NCBI GenBank assembly: GCA_964590195.1
Contig: CAZPWJ010000001.1
Location: 175,882-239,881, forward strand
Length of the DNA: 64,000 nucleotides
Direction: 5' to 3'
Source: an uncultured Rhodospirillaceae bacterium
GTDB lineage: Bacteria > Pseudomonadota > Alphaproteobacteria > GCA-2731375
Made by a program: the position numbers and the translations under genes. The notes beneath the pieces were generated by a model that saw only the letters and a program-made list of their open reading frames with translations, was not told the origin of the DNA and made no database searches. Positions within the stretch are counted from its first letter, which is position 1, and the number at the start of each line of letters is the position of its first letter. Below, in pieces: positions 10,120-23,408 of the stretch.

Positions 10120-12174
10120 CTAGCCTTCAATCTCGCTGAAATCGGCGACCTTGTGTAAGGTGCCGCGAATTTGCGACAACAGACGCAGGCGATTGCCACG
10201 CAGGGCGGCATCGTCGGCGTTCACCGTCACGGCATCAAAAAACTGGTCAACCGGCCGCCGCAGGCCGGCCATGGCCGCCATGGCGCCGGCAAAGTCTTCG
10301 CCATTCAAGGCACCATCGATCTTATCCACCGCCTGCGCCAAGGCGTCTGCCAGGGCCGTTTCCTGGTCCTCGCGCAACAGGCCGGCGTCAACGGCGCCGT
10401 CATGGGCCGCGCCGTCCTTCTTTTCCTCGATGCGCAGAATATTGGCGGCGCGGCGATAGGCGGTCAGCAGATTGGCGCCGTCCTCGCTGCCCAGGAAGCC
10501 ATCCAGGGCGTTGACCCGGGCGATCAGGCGCACCAGATCGTCTTCGCCCCCCAGGGCAAAGACCGCCTGAACCAGATCATGGCGCACACCCTGTTCGCGC
10601 AAATGCACCTTCAGGCGGTCGGCGAAGAAATCCAGCAGGCTATCGTCGTCACCCGCCTCGAATTCATAGCCGTCTAGCGCCAGGGCGAAGGCCTCTTTCA
10701 GGGGCAGGCGCAGGCCGTTTTCCAAAACCATGCGGATCACACCCAGGGCGGCGCGGCGCAGGGCAAATGGGTCGCGGGAGCCCGTGGGCTTTTCGTCGAT
10801 GGCCCAGAAACCAACCAGAATATCCAGCTTGTCCGCCAGGGCGACACACACGGCGGTCGGCGCCGTGGGGCAATCGTCGGCTGGCCCGGCTGGGGAATAA
10901 TGCTGCATGATCGCCTGCGCCACGTCCTCGTCCTCGCCATCGTTCAAGGCGTAATAGCGGCCCATGACGCCCTGGACTTCTGGAAATTCATAGACCATGT
11001 CGCTGACCAGATCGGCCTTGCACAGATGCGCCGCGCGGCGCGCCTTTTCCGCATCGGCACCGGGCACGAATTGCGCCAGCGCGGCGGATAGTTTTTCGAG
11101 GCGCATGATTTTCTGGCCCAAACTGCCCAGCTTGGCGTGAAAGACCATCTCGTCCAGGGCCGGCAGGCGGCTTTCCAGGGTCTTCTTATTATCCTGGGTC
11201 CAGAAGAACTCCGCATCCGCCAGACGGGCGGTCAGAACATACTCGTTGCCGGCGATGATCTGCCTACCCCCGTCCTGGGCCTCCAGGTTCGCCACGGTGA
11301 TGAAGTTCGGCGCCAGCTTGCCGTCGCCATCGCGCAGAGAGAGGTATTTCTGGTTCACCTTCATGGTGGTCACCAGAACCTCCGCCGGCACATCCAGAAA
11401 ACGCCGGTCGAAGTTACCCAACATGGGCACCGGCCATTCCACCAGACCGGCGATCTCGGCCACCAGGCCATCGTCGGCGACCAGGCTTAGACCGGTCTCC
11501 TGGGCCAGTTGTGCAGCACCTTCGGCGATGCGCTGGCGCCGTTCGGCCGCATCGATCAGAACCTTGGCGGCGGCCAATTTTTCCTGGTAATCCGAGAAAT
11601 TCCTGACCGTGATTTCATCCGGCGCATGGAAGCGGTGACCCTTCGTGCGATCGCCGCTGTCAATGCCGGCAAACGACAGCGGCACCACCGCGCCGTCAAG
11701 CAGCGCGATGATGGAGTGCAGCGGACGCACCCAGCGGGTGGCTCCGGTACCCCAGCGCATGGATTTTGGCCAGGGCAGGTCCGCGAATGCGGCGGGCAGG
11801 ATTTCGGACAGGACCTCCGCCGTGGGCCGGCCCTGGCGTTCAATAATGGCAAACAGGAAGGTACCTTTTGGCAGCTCCCGTTCTTCGCACTGCTCCCGGC
11901 TGACGCCATTTCCCCGCAGAAAGCCTTCGATGGCTTTTTCCGGTGCATCGACCTTGGGACCGCGCTTTTCTTCCCGCACATCCGGCTGGGCCAGGGGCAG
12001 GCCAGTAATATGCAGGATCAGGCGCCGGGGTGTGACATGGGCTTCGGCGGCCTCGAACGGCAGTTCCGCCGCCTTCAAACCCGCCGTGACCAGGCGTTTC
12101 AGATCGCCGCCCGCGCGGGCTTGCATGCGGGCGGGAATTTCCTCGCCAAACAGCTCCAACAACAAATCCGCCAT
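10120..12174 (-). CDS. glyS: Glycine-tRNA ligase beta subunit
   Basis: LLLELFGEEIP, TPRRL, WPKSMRW, GSRDPFALRR; follows glyQ. Confidence 0.97.
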   Translation of the reverse strand: MADLLLELFGEEIPARMQARAGGDLKRLVTAGLKAAELPFEAAEAHVTPRRLILHITGLPLAQPDVREEKRGPKVDAPEKAIEGFLRGNGVSREQCEERELPKGTFLFAIIERQGRPTAEVLSEILPAAFADLPWPKSMRWGTGATRWVRPLHSIIALLDGAVVPLSFAGIDSGDRTKGHRFHAPDEITVRNFSDYQEKLAAAKVLIDAAERRQRIAEGAAQLAQETGLSLVADDGLVAEIAGLVEWPVPMLGNFDRRFLDVPAEVLVTTMKVNQKYLSLRDGDGKLAPNFITVANLEAQDGGRQIIAGNEYVLTARLADAEFFWTQDNKKTLESRLPALDEMVFHAKLGSLGQKIMRLEKLSAALAQFVPGADAEKARRAAHLCKADLVSDMVYEFPEVQGVMGRYYALNDGEDEDVAQAIMQHYSPAGPADDCPTAPTAVCVALADKLDILVGFWAIDEKPTGSRDPFALRRAALGVIRMVLENGLRLPLKEAFALALDGYEFEAGDDDSLLDFFADRLKVHLREQGVRHDLVQAVFALGGEDDLVRLIARVNALDGFLGSEDGANLLTAYRRAANILRIEEKKDGAAHDGAVDAGLLREDQETALADALAQAVDKIDGALNGEDFAGAMAAMAGLRRPVDQFFDAVTVNADDAALRGNRLRLLSQIRGTLHKVADFSEIEG

Positions 12175-12175
12175 G

Positions 12176-13096
12176 TCAGGCCGCCCCCCCAATCGCTTCT
12201 TCGGGGACAAGCTCGCCCTCGGCGATCAGATAGGCGGTGGCGCAGGCCTTGGCCAATTCCCGCACCCGGCCGATATAGGCGGCGCGTTCCGTGACGGAGA
12301 TCACCCCGCGCGCATCCAGCAGATTGAACAGATGCGAGGCCTTGATGCACTGGTCATAGGCCGGCAGGGGCAACGCCGCTTCAACCAGGGCGGCGCATTC
12401 GGTTTCCGCGTCGGCGAAATGACGGAACAGTATCTCCGTGTTGGCATGGTCGAAGTTGTAGGCGGAAAACTGCTGCTCCGCCGCCAGATAGACATCGGCA
12501 TAGGTTCTTGATCGTTCCGTGCCCGGTTCATTCCAGGCCAGCTGCTGAAAATGGTCAACGCCCTGCACGTACATGGCCAGGCGTTCCAGACCGTAGGTCA
12601 GCTCACCCGAGACCGGATTGCAGTCAAAGCCGCCGACCTGTTGAAAATAGGTGAACTGGCTGACCTCCATGCCGTCGCACCAAACCTCCCAGCCAAGGCC
12701 CCAGGCGCCCAACGTGGGGCTCTCCCAGTCATCCTCGACAAAGCGGATATCGTGGTTCGAGGCATCCAGGCCGATCGCCGCCAGGCTGCCCAGATAAAGC
12801 TCCTGCAAATCGGGGGGCGACGGCTTCATGATCACCTGGAACTGGTAATAGTGTTGTAGGCGATTCGGGTTCTCGCCATAGCGGCCGTCGGTGGGCCGGC
12901 GCGAGGGCTGCACATAGGCCGCATTCCAGCTTTTCGAGCCCAGGGAGCGCAAGGTCGTGGCCCAATGAAAGGTGCCGGCGCCCACCTCCATGTCATAGGG
13001 CTGCAGTATGACGCAGCCCTGTTCCGACCAATAATGCTGCAAGGCCAGGATCAGACCTTGAAAGGTCTTGGTGTTGAAATGCGGTGTGCCCGACAT
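12176..13096 (-). CDS. glyQ: Glycine-tRNA ligase alpha subunit
   Basis: [39 protein letters not shown]. Confidence 0.98.
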   Translation of the reverse strand: MSGTPHFNTKTFQGLILALQHYWSEQGCVILQPYDMEVGAGTFHWATTLRSLGSKSWNAAYVQPSRRPTDGRYGENPNRLQHYYQFQVIMKPSPPDLQELYLGSLAAIGLDASNHDIRFVEDDWESPTLGAWGLGWEVWCDGMEVSQFTYFQQVGGFDCNPVSGELTYGLERLAMYVQGVDHFQQLAWNEPGTERSRTYADVYLAAEQQFSAYNFDHANTEILFRHFADAETECAALVEAALPLPAYDQCIKASHLFNLLDARGVISVTERAAYIGRVRELAKACATAYLIAEGELVPEEAIGGAA

Positions 13097-13185
13097 GGCA
13101 ATGACTTACCCGTGAAACAGAAAAAATGGAGCAGAGTTTGGCCGCAACCTAATGGCCGCTTCCGCCAATGGCAATGCCTGTTCGG

Positions 13186-13404
13186 TCAATTCGCCAGGGG
13201 GCAGTCGGCGCGCTCGCAACCACGGCTATCCGGGGCCACGAAATTGCCGCAGACCGCGCATTGGCTCAAGTCCATGGCCTGGTTCTTTTGCTCTACCTCT
13301 TCATTGTCATCGCTCTTGCCGACCCGGCCCCGAAAGGATTTAGACAGCAAGGCCACCACCGCGATCACGGCAAGCAGCAGCAGGATTTTTGGCAGGCTAA
13401 GCAT
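13186..13404 (-). CDS. Small membrane-anchored Cys-rich hypothetical protein
   Basis: 72 aa: hydrophobic N-terminal helix, acidic linker, C-x2-C-x10-C-x4-C; same strand as neighbours. Confidence 0.7.
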   Translation of the reverse strand: MLSLPKILLLLAVIAVVALLSKSFRGRVGKSDDNEEVEQKNQAMDLSQCAVCGNFVAPDSRGCERADCPLAN

Positions 13405-13444
13405 GGTGGCGCAGCTTACGGCACGAAGTGCCGCCCCTCAACAT

Positions 13445-15049
13445 CTAACGGTCATCCTGGATGATCATTTCCGCCGCTTTTTCCGCGATCATAACCACCG
13501 GCGAGTTTGTGTTGCCCGAGGTGATCGTCGGCATGATCGAGGCATCGACAACGCGCAGGCCGGCAATGCCATGGACCCGCAGGCGGTCATCGACAACGGC
13601 CAGATTGTCATCACCCATGCGGCAGGTGCTGACGGGATGGAAGATCGTCGTGGCCAGATCGCCCGCCGCCTTGGCCAGGTCCTCGTCGCTGTCGCCGACC
13701 TCTGGACCGGGACGGAATTCTTCAGGACTGAAGGGCGCCAGGGCATCCGCGGCGCAGATCCGCCGGGTCAGGCGGATGGCATCGGCGGCCACCGTGCGGT
13801 CGGCCTCCGCCGTGAGGTAATTGGGCCGGATGGAGGGCTGTTGCATGGGGTCGGGCGAGGATATGTGGATGCTGCCCCGGCTTTCCGGGCGCAGGTTACA
13901 GACCGAGGCGGTAAAGGCTTCGAACGGGTGCAGATCCTCGCCCAGTTTGTCCGTGCTCAGCGGTTGAATATGATACTGAATATTGGCGGTCTCCTTGCCG
14001 GGATCGCTCTTGGCGAAGGCGCCAAGCTGGCTCGGCGACATGGTCAGGGGCCCGGTCTTGAACAGAGCGTATTCAAGGCCCATGGCCGCTTTCCCAAACA
14101 GGCTGTTGGCGCGCAGATTGAGCGTTCTGGTATTGGCGACCTTGTAGACCAGGCGCACCTGCAAATGATCCTGCAGGTTTTCGCCCACGCCAGGCAATTC
14201 GTGGCGGACCTCGATACCATGTTGCTGCAACAAGGCACCCTGTCCGACGCCGGACAATTCCAGCAATTGCGGCGACGTTACCGAACCGCCCGACAGGACC
14301 ACCGCAGCCTTTGCGCTGGCCGACGTCGGTCGGCCTTCATGGCGGAATTCCAGGCCCGTGGCGCGGCCATCCTCGATAATGATCCGGCTGGCCTGGGCAT
14401 GGGTCATGACCTTCAGATTGGGCCGCTGCATGGCCGGCTTCAGGAAAGCGGTGGCGGCGCTCCAGCGTTTGCCCCGGCGCTGGTTGACCAGGAAATAGCC
14501 GCAGCCTTCGTTATCGCCGCGATTGAAATCATTGGTGTTGGGAATGCCGACCTCCGCCGCCGCCGCGCGGAAGGCGCCCAGGATCTCCCACGACAGGCGC
14601 TGTTCCTCGACCCGCCATTCGCCGCCCACGCCATGCATATCATCGGCGCCGGCATAATGATCCTCGGACTTGCGGAAATAGGGCAGTACATCCTCCCAGG
14701 ACCAGCCCACGTTGCCCATCTGGCGCCACTGGTCATAGTCCCTGGCCTGGCCGCGCATATAGATCATGCCATTGATGGAGGAACAGCCGCCCAGCACCTT
14801 GCCGCGGGCATAATCGATGGCGCGCCCGTTCAGGCCCGCCTCAACCTCCGTCTTGAAGCACCAATCCGTGCGCGGATTGCCCAGGGTATAGAGATAACCG
14901 ACGGGAATATGGATCCAGTGGTAGTTATCCTTGCCCCCGGCCTCCAACAGCAGGACAGAGGTTTTCGGATCAGCCGATAGGCGATTGGCCAGCACGCAGC
15001 CGGCAGTGCCGGCGCCGACGATGATGTAATCAAAACTGTCGATGGTCAT
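13445..15049 (-). CDS. GMC family oxidoreductase (choline dehydrogenase-like)
   Basis: IIVGAGTAG, GKVLGGCSSINGMIYMRG, NLQDH, VVDASIMP..TSGNTN. Confidence 0.93.
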   Translation of the reverse strand: MTIDSFDYIIVGAGTAGCVLANRLSADPKTSVLLLEAGGKDNYHWIHIPVGYLYTLGNPRTDWCFKTEVEAGLNGRAIDYARGKVLGGCSSINGMIYMRGQARDYDQWRQMGNVGWSWEDVLPYFRKSEDHYAGADDMHGVGGEWRVEEQRLSWEILGAFRAAAAEVGIPNTNDFNRGDNEGCGYFLVNQRRGKRWSAATAFLKPAMQRPNLKVMTHAQASRIIIEDGRATGLEFRHEGRPTSASAKAAVVLSGGSVTSPQLLELSGVGQGALLQQHGIEVRHELPGVGENLQDHLQVRLVYKVANTRTLNLRANSLFGKAAMGLEYALFKTGPLTMSPSQLGAFAKSDPGKETANIQYHIQPLSTDKLGEDLHPFEAFTASVCNLRPESRGSIHISSPDPMQQPSIRPNYLTAEADRTVAADAIRLTRRICAADALAPFSPEEFRPGPEVGDSDEDLAKAAGDLATTIFHPVSTCRMGDDNLAVVDDRLRVHGIAGLRVVDASIMPTITSGNTNSPVVMIAEKAAEMIIQDDR

Positions 15050-15094
15050 GTTCCACCCTTATGGTTTGTCCGGTGTTTTTATAGCACTTCCGGG

Positions 15095-17065
15095 CTATTG
15101 TCCCTCCCGGTTCGCGGGGTCGTTCAAATCCCGGCCTTCTCCCGGCTGGGCATCACCGCTGGAACCAAGGCTGCGCCAAAGCTTATCAAGCAAATTTCCG
15201 CTGGGCCGGGCCGCCGGCTGCTTGCCGCTGGTCCGGCCCAGGGCCTTGGCCGGCAGGCCCTTGTGGGCGGCCTTCATGAAGTCGCGCCACAGCCGGGCCG
15301 GCGCGCCGCCGCCCGTCACCCGGTTCATGGCCGCGCCATTGTCATTGCCCATCCAGACACCCGCCACCAGTTGATGGGTATAACCCAGGAACCAGGCATC
15401 CCGGTAATCCTGGCTGGTCCCGGTCTTGCCGGCGGCGGGGCGGCCAATCCTGGCGTTGCGTCCGGTGCCCCGTTGAATGGTGATTTCCAACATGCGGTTC
15501 ATTTCCGCCACATGCCAGGGCCGCGCCACCTCGCCCCGGCCCGAGCCCTGTCGGCGATAGAGAACATTACCGTTGCCGTCACGCACTTCCAGAATGCCAT
15601 GGGGCAGGACGCCGTAGCCTTGGTTGGCGAAGGCTGCGTAAGCGGCGGTCAGCCGCAGCAGGCTGGTCTCCACCGCGCCAAGGGCCATGGAAGGATGGCG
15701 GGGATTGGACGCGCTCAGGCCCAGACGCCCCGCGGTGGCGGCGACTTCATCCCGGCCCACTTTTTCCTGCACCTGCACCGCGACGGAGTTGGAGGAAAAG
15801 GCCAGCGCATCCGTATAGCTGATCCTGCCGCGATATTTGCCGGCGTAGTTTTTTGGCGACCAGCCATCGACTGTAATCGGCTTGTCCTGGAACATGGCAT
15901 CGGGGCGGATGCCCGCTTCCAGTCCGGTCAGGAAGACCACCGGCTTGAACGCGGAGCCCGGCTGCCGCCGCGCTTGCGTGGCACGGTTGTACTGGCTTTT
16001 GCCATAGTTTTTGCCGCCGGCCATGGCGCGGACCGCGCCTCTGGGCGTCATGGCCAGCAGGGCACCCTGGCCGATTTTCCGCTTGCGCGCGGTGGGGCCG
16101 GTTATCCGCGTCATCGCGGCTTCGGCCGCCGCCTGCATATCCCTGTCCAAGGTTGTCCTGATCACCAGATTACGTTCCGTCGGGCCCAGATAGTCGGTCA
16201 GACGGTCCATCACCCAGTCTGCGAAGTAGCGTGCCTGTTGAGTGCCCGCCGCACTACGTCCCCGGCGTAGACCGGCTGGTTTAAGCTTGGCGGCCTTGGC
16301 TGTCCCCGCGGCGATGTAGCCGGCGGCGACCAAGTTGTTCAGCACCACCGCTGCCCGGTTGCGCGCGGCTTTGAGATTGCGGGTCGGGGCCAGACGCGAC
16401 GGCGCCTTCAGCAGACCGGCCAGCATGGCGGCCTCGGCCAAATTTACCTTCGTGGCCGGTTTGTTGAAATAGCGCCGGGCGGCGGCGTCCACGCCATAGG
16501 CACCGGCGCCAAGGTAGACCCGGTTCAGATACAGGGTCAGGATCTGATCTTTGGAGAAATTGGCCTCCAGCCACAGGGCCAGCAGAAATTCCTGAACCTT
16601 ACGCTTTAAGGTCCGCTGATGGGTCAGAAAGACGTTCTTGGCCAATTGCTGGCTGATGGTGCTGCCGCCCTGCACGATGCGTCCGGCGAACAGATTGGTC
16701 ACCATGGCCCGGCTCAGGCCAATTGGGTCGACGCCGAAATGGCTGTAGAAACGGCGGTCTTCCGTGGCAACGACCGCGTGGGGCAAATGTTTCGGCAATT
16801 GGCTGGCCTGCACCGGTTCGCCATAGACATCGCCAAAGCGGGCGATTTCCCGGCCCTTGTAGTCCAGCAATGTCAGGGAGGGTTTGCGCTGAATGGCCGA
16901 TAGCTTGTCCACGGAAGGCAGGTCATAGGCATACCAGACGATCATGCCCATGGCGGCGATCACCCCCCATACGGCCAACACGATCAGCCAATAGAACAGG
17001 CGGGCGAACCAGCCGCGCCGGGGCGGTTCCGGCGCTGCCCGCCCGTCCCCGGCAGCCCTATTCAC
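15095..17065 (-). CDS. Class A penicillin-binding protein (PBP1A family)
   Basis: TM helix, EDRRFYSH, GGSTISQQLAKN, RKVQE, SAFK (SxxK), SSN, KTG. Confidence 0.95.
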   Translation of the reverse strand: MNRAAGDGRAAPEPPRRGWFARLFYWLIVLAVWGVIAAMGMIVWYAYDLPSVDKLSAIQRKPSLTLLDYKGREIARFGDVYGEPVQASQLPKHLPHAVVATEDRRFYSHFGVDPIGLSRAMVTNLFAGRIVQGGSTISQQLAKNVFLTHQRTLKRKVQEFLLALWLEANFSKDQILTLYLNRVYLGAGAYGVDAAARRYFNKPATKVNLAEAAMLAGLLKAPSRLAPTRNLKAARNRAAVVLNNLVAAGYIAAGTAKAAKLKPAGLRRGRSAAGTQQARYFADWVMDRLTDYLGPTERNLVIRTTLDRDMQAAAEAAMTRITGPTARKRKIGQGALLAMTPRGAVRAMAGGKNYGKSQYNRATQARRQPGSAFKPVVFLTGLEAGIRPDAMFQDKPITVDGWSPKNYAGKYRGRISYTDALAFSSNSVAVQVQEKVGRDEVAATAGRLGLSASNPRHPSMALGAVETSLLRLTAAYAAFANQGYGVLPHGILEVRDGNGNVLYRRQGSGRGEVARPWHVAEMNRMLEITIQRGTGRNARIGRPAAGKTGTSQDYRDAWFLGYTHQLVAGVWMGNDNGAAMNRVTGGGAPARLWRDFMKAAHKGLPAKALGRTSGKQPAARPSGNLLDKLWRSLGSSGDAQPGEGRDLNDPANREGQ

Positions 17066-17068
17066 GGC

Positions 17069-19531
<2,463 letters not shown>

Positions 19532-20752
19532 CTACCCTTCAAGTTTCGCTTGCCCGCGGTCCACCGTCACGAATTGTGCCTGCCCGCTCAACGGTTCGAA
19601 CAGGTTACGGTCGGTACCGCTTAACCAAGCCTGGCCGCCAAGGGCCAAGATCTCCGCGAACAAGGCTTCTCGCCGTTCGCTATCCAAATGTGCCGCGACC
19701 TCGTCCAACAACAGAACTGGCGGTGCGCCCCGGCGCTCCGCCTCCGCCTTGGCATTGGCCAGCATCACGGCGATCAGCAATGCCTTTTGCTCACCGGTCG
19801 AACAAAGTGCCGCCGGCATATCCTTGTCCAGATGATGCACCGCCAAGTCCGACCGGTGCGGTCCGTCCGCCGTCCCCTCATGGTGCCGGCTGGCGGCCAA
19901 CAGGGCGGCAAAGCGGCTTTCCACCTCAACCGCCGGGTGCTCGTCCAGCCAGCTTTCGATGCGGCCTTCAATGGCCAGGCCGGCTTTCGGAAAAAGACCC
20001 TTCGCCGATGATAGAAACCGTTGCAGCCGCACCAGGGCTTCGCGCCGGGCCGCCGCCACGGCGACGCCATCCGCCGCCATGCGCGCCTCCAGCGCCGACA
20101 GCCAGGCGGGATCGCCACCGCCGTCGCGCAGCAGTTTGGCCCGCTCTCGCAGGCTGCGTTCATAGGCACCAACCCGGCGGCCATGATCCGGGTCCAGGCC
20201 CAGCACCAGCCGGTCGAGAAAACGTCGGCGCGACGATGGCCCCTCCAGGAACAGCCGGTCCATCTGCGGCGTCAGCCATTGCACGCCGATCACCTGGGAC
20301 AGCGATGCCGGCGATACGGTCTGGCCATCAAGGCGGGCCAGGCGTTTGTCCGTGCCCCGTTCCGTCCGGCTCAGGCTGCTGCCCAATTTTACCAGGCCGT
20401 CCGGTCCCTGAACCGTGGCCGCCACGGCCCAGCTTTCCGCGCCGTCCGCCCCATCCTGAACTGCATCCTGGCGCAGGACGTCGCGCAGGCGGGCCCGGCG
20501 CAGGCCGCGTCCGGGCGAGAGAAACGAAATGGCCTCCAGCAAATTGGTCTTGCCCGCCCCATTGGCGCCGGTCAGCACCATCACCTGGGCGGCGGGATCA
20601 AGAGCCAGGCCGTCATAGTTTCGGAAATTGCTCAAGCGCAGGCGCAGCACACCGCAGCCGGCCCCCGCGTTAACCGCCATCGGGGAAACCGAGCCTTCGC
20701 CGCCCATTACAGGCGTGATGTTTTGTTGCGTGGCCAGCAAAGGCCCTCTCAA
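19532..20752 (-). CDS. recF: DNA replication/repair protein RecF (start codon uncertain)
   Basis: NFRNY, GANGAGKTNLLEA, CSTGEQK, LLLDEVAAHLD. Confidence 0.95.
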   Translation of the reverse strand: MRGPLLATQQNITPVMGGEGSVSPMAVNAGAGCGVLRLRLSNFRNYDGLALDPAAQVMVLTGANGAGKTNLLEAISFLSPGRGLRRARLRDVLRQDAVQDGADGAESWAVAATVQGPDGLVKLGSSLSRTERGTDKRLARLDGQTVSPASLSQVIGVQWLTPQMDRLFLEGPSSRRRFLDRLVLGLDPDHGRRVGAYERSLRERAKLLRDGGGDPAWLSALEARMAADGVAVAAARREALVRLQRFLSSAKGLFPKAGLAIEGRIESWLDEHPAVEVESRFAALLAASRHHEGTADGPHRSDLAVHHLDKDMPAALCSTGEQKALLIAVMLANAKAEAERRGAPPVLLLDEVAAHLDSERREALFAEILALGGQAWLSGTDRNLFEPLSGQAQFVTVDRGQAKLEG

Positions 20753-21864
20753 ACCCGCATGGGCATCAGGACATAAAGCGCGCCCTGATCAGCGGCATCT
20801 CTGATGATGGTTGGCGAGGCACCGTCGGAAAGATCGAAGCAGGCGTTCTCGCCATCGATCTGCCCGGTAATGTCGAGCAGATATTTGGCATTGAAACCAA
20901 TCTCCAGAAGCTCGTCACCGTTGTAGTTGACCGGCACTTCATCGGTGCCGCTACCCTGTTCGGGACTATTGGCCGACAGGGTCACCGCGCCGCCGTTGAC
21001 GGCCAGTTTCACCGCCCTGGATTTTTCCGAGCTGATCGTGGCGACACGGTCCACGGCGGCGGCGAAGCTTTTGCAGTCAACCTCCATCAGCTTGTCATTG
21101 CCGGCCGGGATCACCCGTTGATAGTCGGGGAAAGTGCCGTCGATCAGTTTCGATGTCAGAACGATATCGCCCATGGCAAAGCGGATCTTGCTGTCGGACA
21201 AGGCGATTTCCACCGCGCCTTCGCCGTCTTCGATCAATTTGTGCACTTCCAGGGCCGCCTTGCGCGGCATGATCACGCCGGGCATGCCGGCGGCACCCTG
21301 GGGCAGGGGAATTTCAATATGGGCCAGACGATGGCCGTCGGTGGCAACGCCGCGCAGCACCGGGGCTTCCTCGGGCGCATGCAGATAAATGCCGTTCAGG
21401 TAATAACGGGTTTCCTCGGTCGAGATGGCGAACCGGGTCTTTTCGATCAGGCGGCTCAGGTCAGGCGCGGGCAGCACGAATTGATGCGGCAGATCGCCAT
21501 CGGCCATGACCGGGAAATCTTCCCGTGGCAGGCAGGAGAGGGCGAATTTCGAACGTGCGGCGCGGACCACCAGGCGGCCGTCATCGGCGCCGTAATCCAG
21601 CTCCACCTGGGCGCCGTCGGGCAGCTTGCGGACAATATCGTGCAGGATATGCGCCGGCGCCGTGGTGCCGCCGGGGGTTTGCACTTCCGCCGGTACGGTT
21701 TCCACGATGGCCAGGTCCAGATCCGTCGCGGTCAGGCTTAACCCCGCCTCGTCCGCGACCAGTTGCACATTGGAGAGAATGGGAATGGTGTTACGCCGTT
21801 CGACAACATTTTGGACATGGCCGAGGGCACGCAAAAGGGCAGAACGTTCAATGGTTAGCTTCAT
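20749..21864 (-). CDS. dnaN: DNA polymerase III beta clamp
   Basis: RRNTIPILSN, ATDGHRL, FPDYQRVIP, C-terminal LMPMRV. Confidence 0.98.
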   Translation of the reverse strand: MKLTIERSALLRALGHVQNVVERRNTIPILSNVQLVADEAGLSLTATDLDLAIVETVPAEVQTPGGTTAPAHILHDIVRKLPDGAQVELDYGADDGRLVVRAARSKFALSCLPREDFPVMADGDLPHQFVLPAPDLSRLIEKTRFAISTEETRYYLNGIYLHAPEEAPVLRGVATDGHRLAHIEIPLPQGAAGMPGVIMPRKAALEVHKLIEDGEGAVEIALSDSKIRFAMGDIVLTSKLIDGTFPDYQRVIPAGNDKLMEVDCKSFAAAVDRVATISSEKSRAVKLAVNGGAVTLSANSPEQGSGTDEVPVNYNGDELLEIGFNAKYLLDITGQIDGENACFDLSDGASPTIIRDAADQGALYVLMPMRV

Positions 21865-22025
21865 GATTTTTTTCGTTTCAAAGTAATTATCGCACGGAAA
21901 AATATACAGCCCCGCCACGGCGGAAGTGCAAGAGAATCACGGCCCACCTTGTCGGGGATTAAGCATAGCAGATTGTGCGAAGAATCGCACCATGTTTACC
22001 CGCGAAATGACCCCGAAATTAGCTC

Positions 22026-22931
22026 TTAAATCAGCTTCTTGAGCGCTCTGGCGATGGCCTTTTGCTGGCGGGCGGAGGCGGCCGGCATGGGCGCCCTGGG
22101 CAGGCCGCCAGGCACCCCTTGTTCGGACAGGGCGAACTTCACCGTGGCCGGCAGATTGTCGTCGATCATGGCATTCCACAGCACCAGCAGCTTTTCGTGC
22201 AGACGCCGCGCTTCGTCATGTTCGCCGGCCTGAACCAGGTCCCAAAGCTTGACCTGGGCCGCCGGCGCCGCCGTCAGTATGGCCGCGATGGCGCCGTGGG
22301 CGCCAAGGGCAAAGGAGGGATACATCAAGGCATCCACCGCGCTCATGATGCGCGAGCCTTTGGGCGCGTCCAGCAGCAAATCCGCCAACAGCTTCATATC
22401 GCCGGCACTTTGCTTGACCCCGACAACCTGGGGCACTTCCTTCAAAATCCTGATCAACAAGGCCGGGGACAGATAGCTCCACGGAATGACATTGTAGATC
22501 AGAATGGGAATTTTCGTCGCCTTGCCGACGGTGCGGAAATGTTCCAGCATATGGCTATCGTCGGGCCGGAACAGATAATGCACCGGGGTAATCTGCAGGG
22601 CCGCGGGGCCCAGGTCCGCCACTGCCTCGGCCCGTTCAATCGCCTGCTGCGTGGAATCGACAATAATCCCCGCGACCACCGGCACCCGGCCCTTGGTCTC
22701 GGCCATGGCGATGCGAACCAGGCGGGTGACCTCCTTGGTCGATAATGTATGCCCTTCACCGGTGCTTCCCCCCACCGCCAGGCCATGCACGCCGGCGCCG
22801 ATCAGGAAATTCACCTGTTTGCGGAAAGCGGCCTCGTCGACCTCTCCCTTGCGGGTAAAGGGCGTGGTCATGGGGGCGATGATGCCGGTTATATCCTGAA
22901 CGCCAAAGCGGGCGGGTTTCTTGGCTGCCAT
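22026..22931 (-). CDS. DapA/N-acetylneuraminate lyase family aldolase
   Basis: GSTGE, LIYN, Schiff-base Lys in GVKQS. Confidence 0.88.
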   Translation of the reverse strand: MAAKKPARFGVQDITGIIAPMTTPFTRKGEVDEAAFRKQVNFLIGAGVHGLAVGGSTGEGHTLSTKEVTRLVRIAMAETKGRVPVVAGIIVDSTQQAIERAEAVADLGPAALQITPVHYLFRPDDSHMLEHFRTVGKATKIPILIYNVIPWSYLSPALLIRILKEVPQVVGVKQSAGDMKLLADLLLDAPKGSRIMSAVDALMYPSFALGAHGAIAAILTAAPAAQVKLWDLVQAGEHDEARRLHEKLLVLWNAMIDDNLPATVKFALSEQGVPGGLPRAPMPAASARQQKAIARALKKLI

Positions 22932-22973
22932 GTCTTGCACTCCACAATTTGGTTTTTTGCTTTTGGGTTTCCG

Positions 22974-23408
22974 TTATGGGGAAATAAGAAAATGGGTTGT
23001 CGCGGCGGCAAATAATTTGCCCCGGTCTTTCTGCCAGGCATGGGCGCGCACGCTGGCGACGCGCCGGCCCTGTTTGGTTACGATGCCGGTCGCGAAGCTG
23101 TCGGCGGCGCCTCCCGGGCGCAGATATTCGACGGTGATATTGACGATCTTCGGCAGGCGCGGCGTATCCATGGCGCCGATCAGGGAGATCATCGCCGCGC
23201 TTTCCAGCAAGGCGCCGGTGACGCCGCCATGCAGGGCGGGCAGCAAGGGATTGCCGATCAACATATCCTGGAACGGCAGCACCGTTATCAACTCGTCGCC
23301 CTGGCGGTCGACACGCAGGCCGAGCCAGCGAAAGTAGGGCACGGCCTCGATCAGTGGCTGCAAATCGCCGTTCTGTCGTGCCGCGCTTATACCATCCGCG
23401 CTACTCAT
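22974..23408 (-). CDS. PaaI-family thioesterase
   Basis: GNPLLPALHGG hotdog motif. Confidence 0.88.
   Translation of the reverse strand: MSSADGISAARQNGDLQPLIEAVPYFRWLGLRVDRQGDELITVLPFQDMLIGNPLLPALHGGVTGALLESAAMISLIGAMDTPRLPKIVNITVEYLRPGGAADSFATGIVTKQGRRVASVRAHAWQKDRGKLFAAATTHFLISP

Noticed and set aside
12965-14980. 671-aa + strand ORF
   Set aside because: Antisense shadow of the GMC oxidoreductase and neighbours; no motifs; expected in high-GC DNA
21865-22025. oriC next to dnaN
   Set aside because: No TTATCCACA cluster, no dnaA and a short gap
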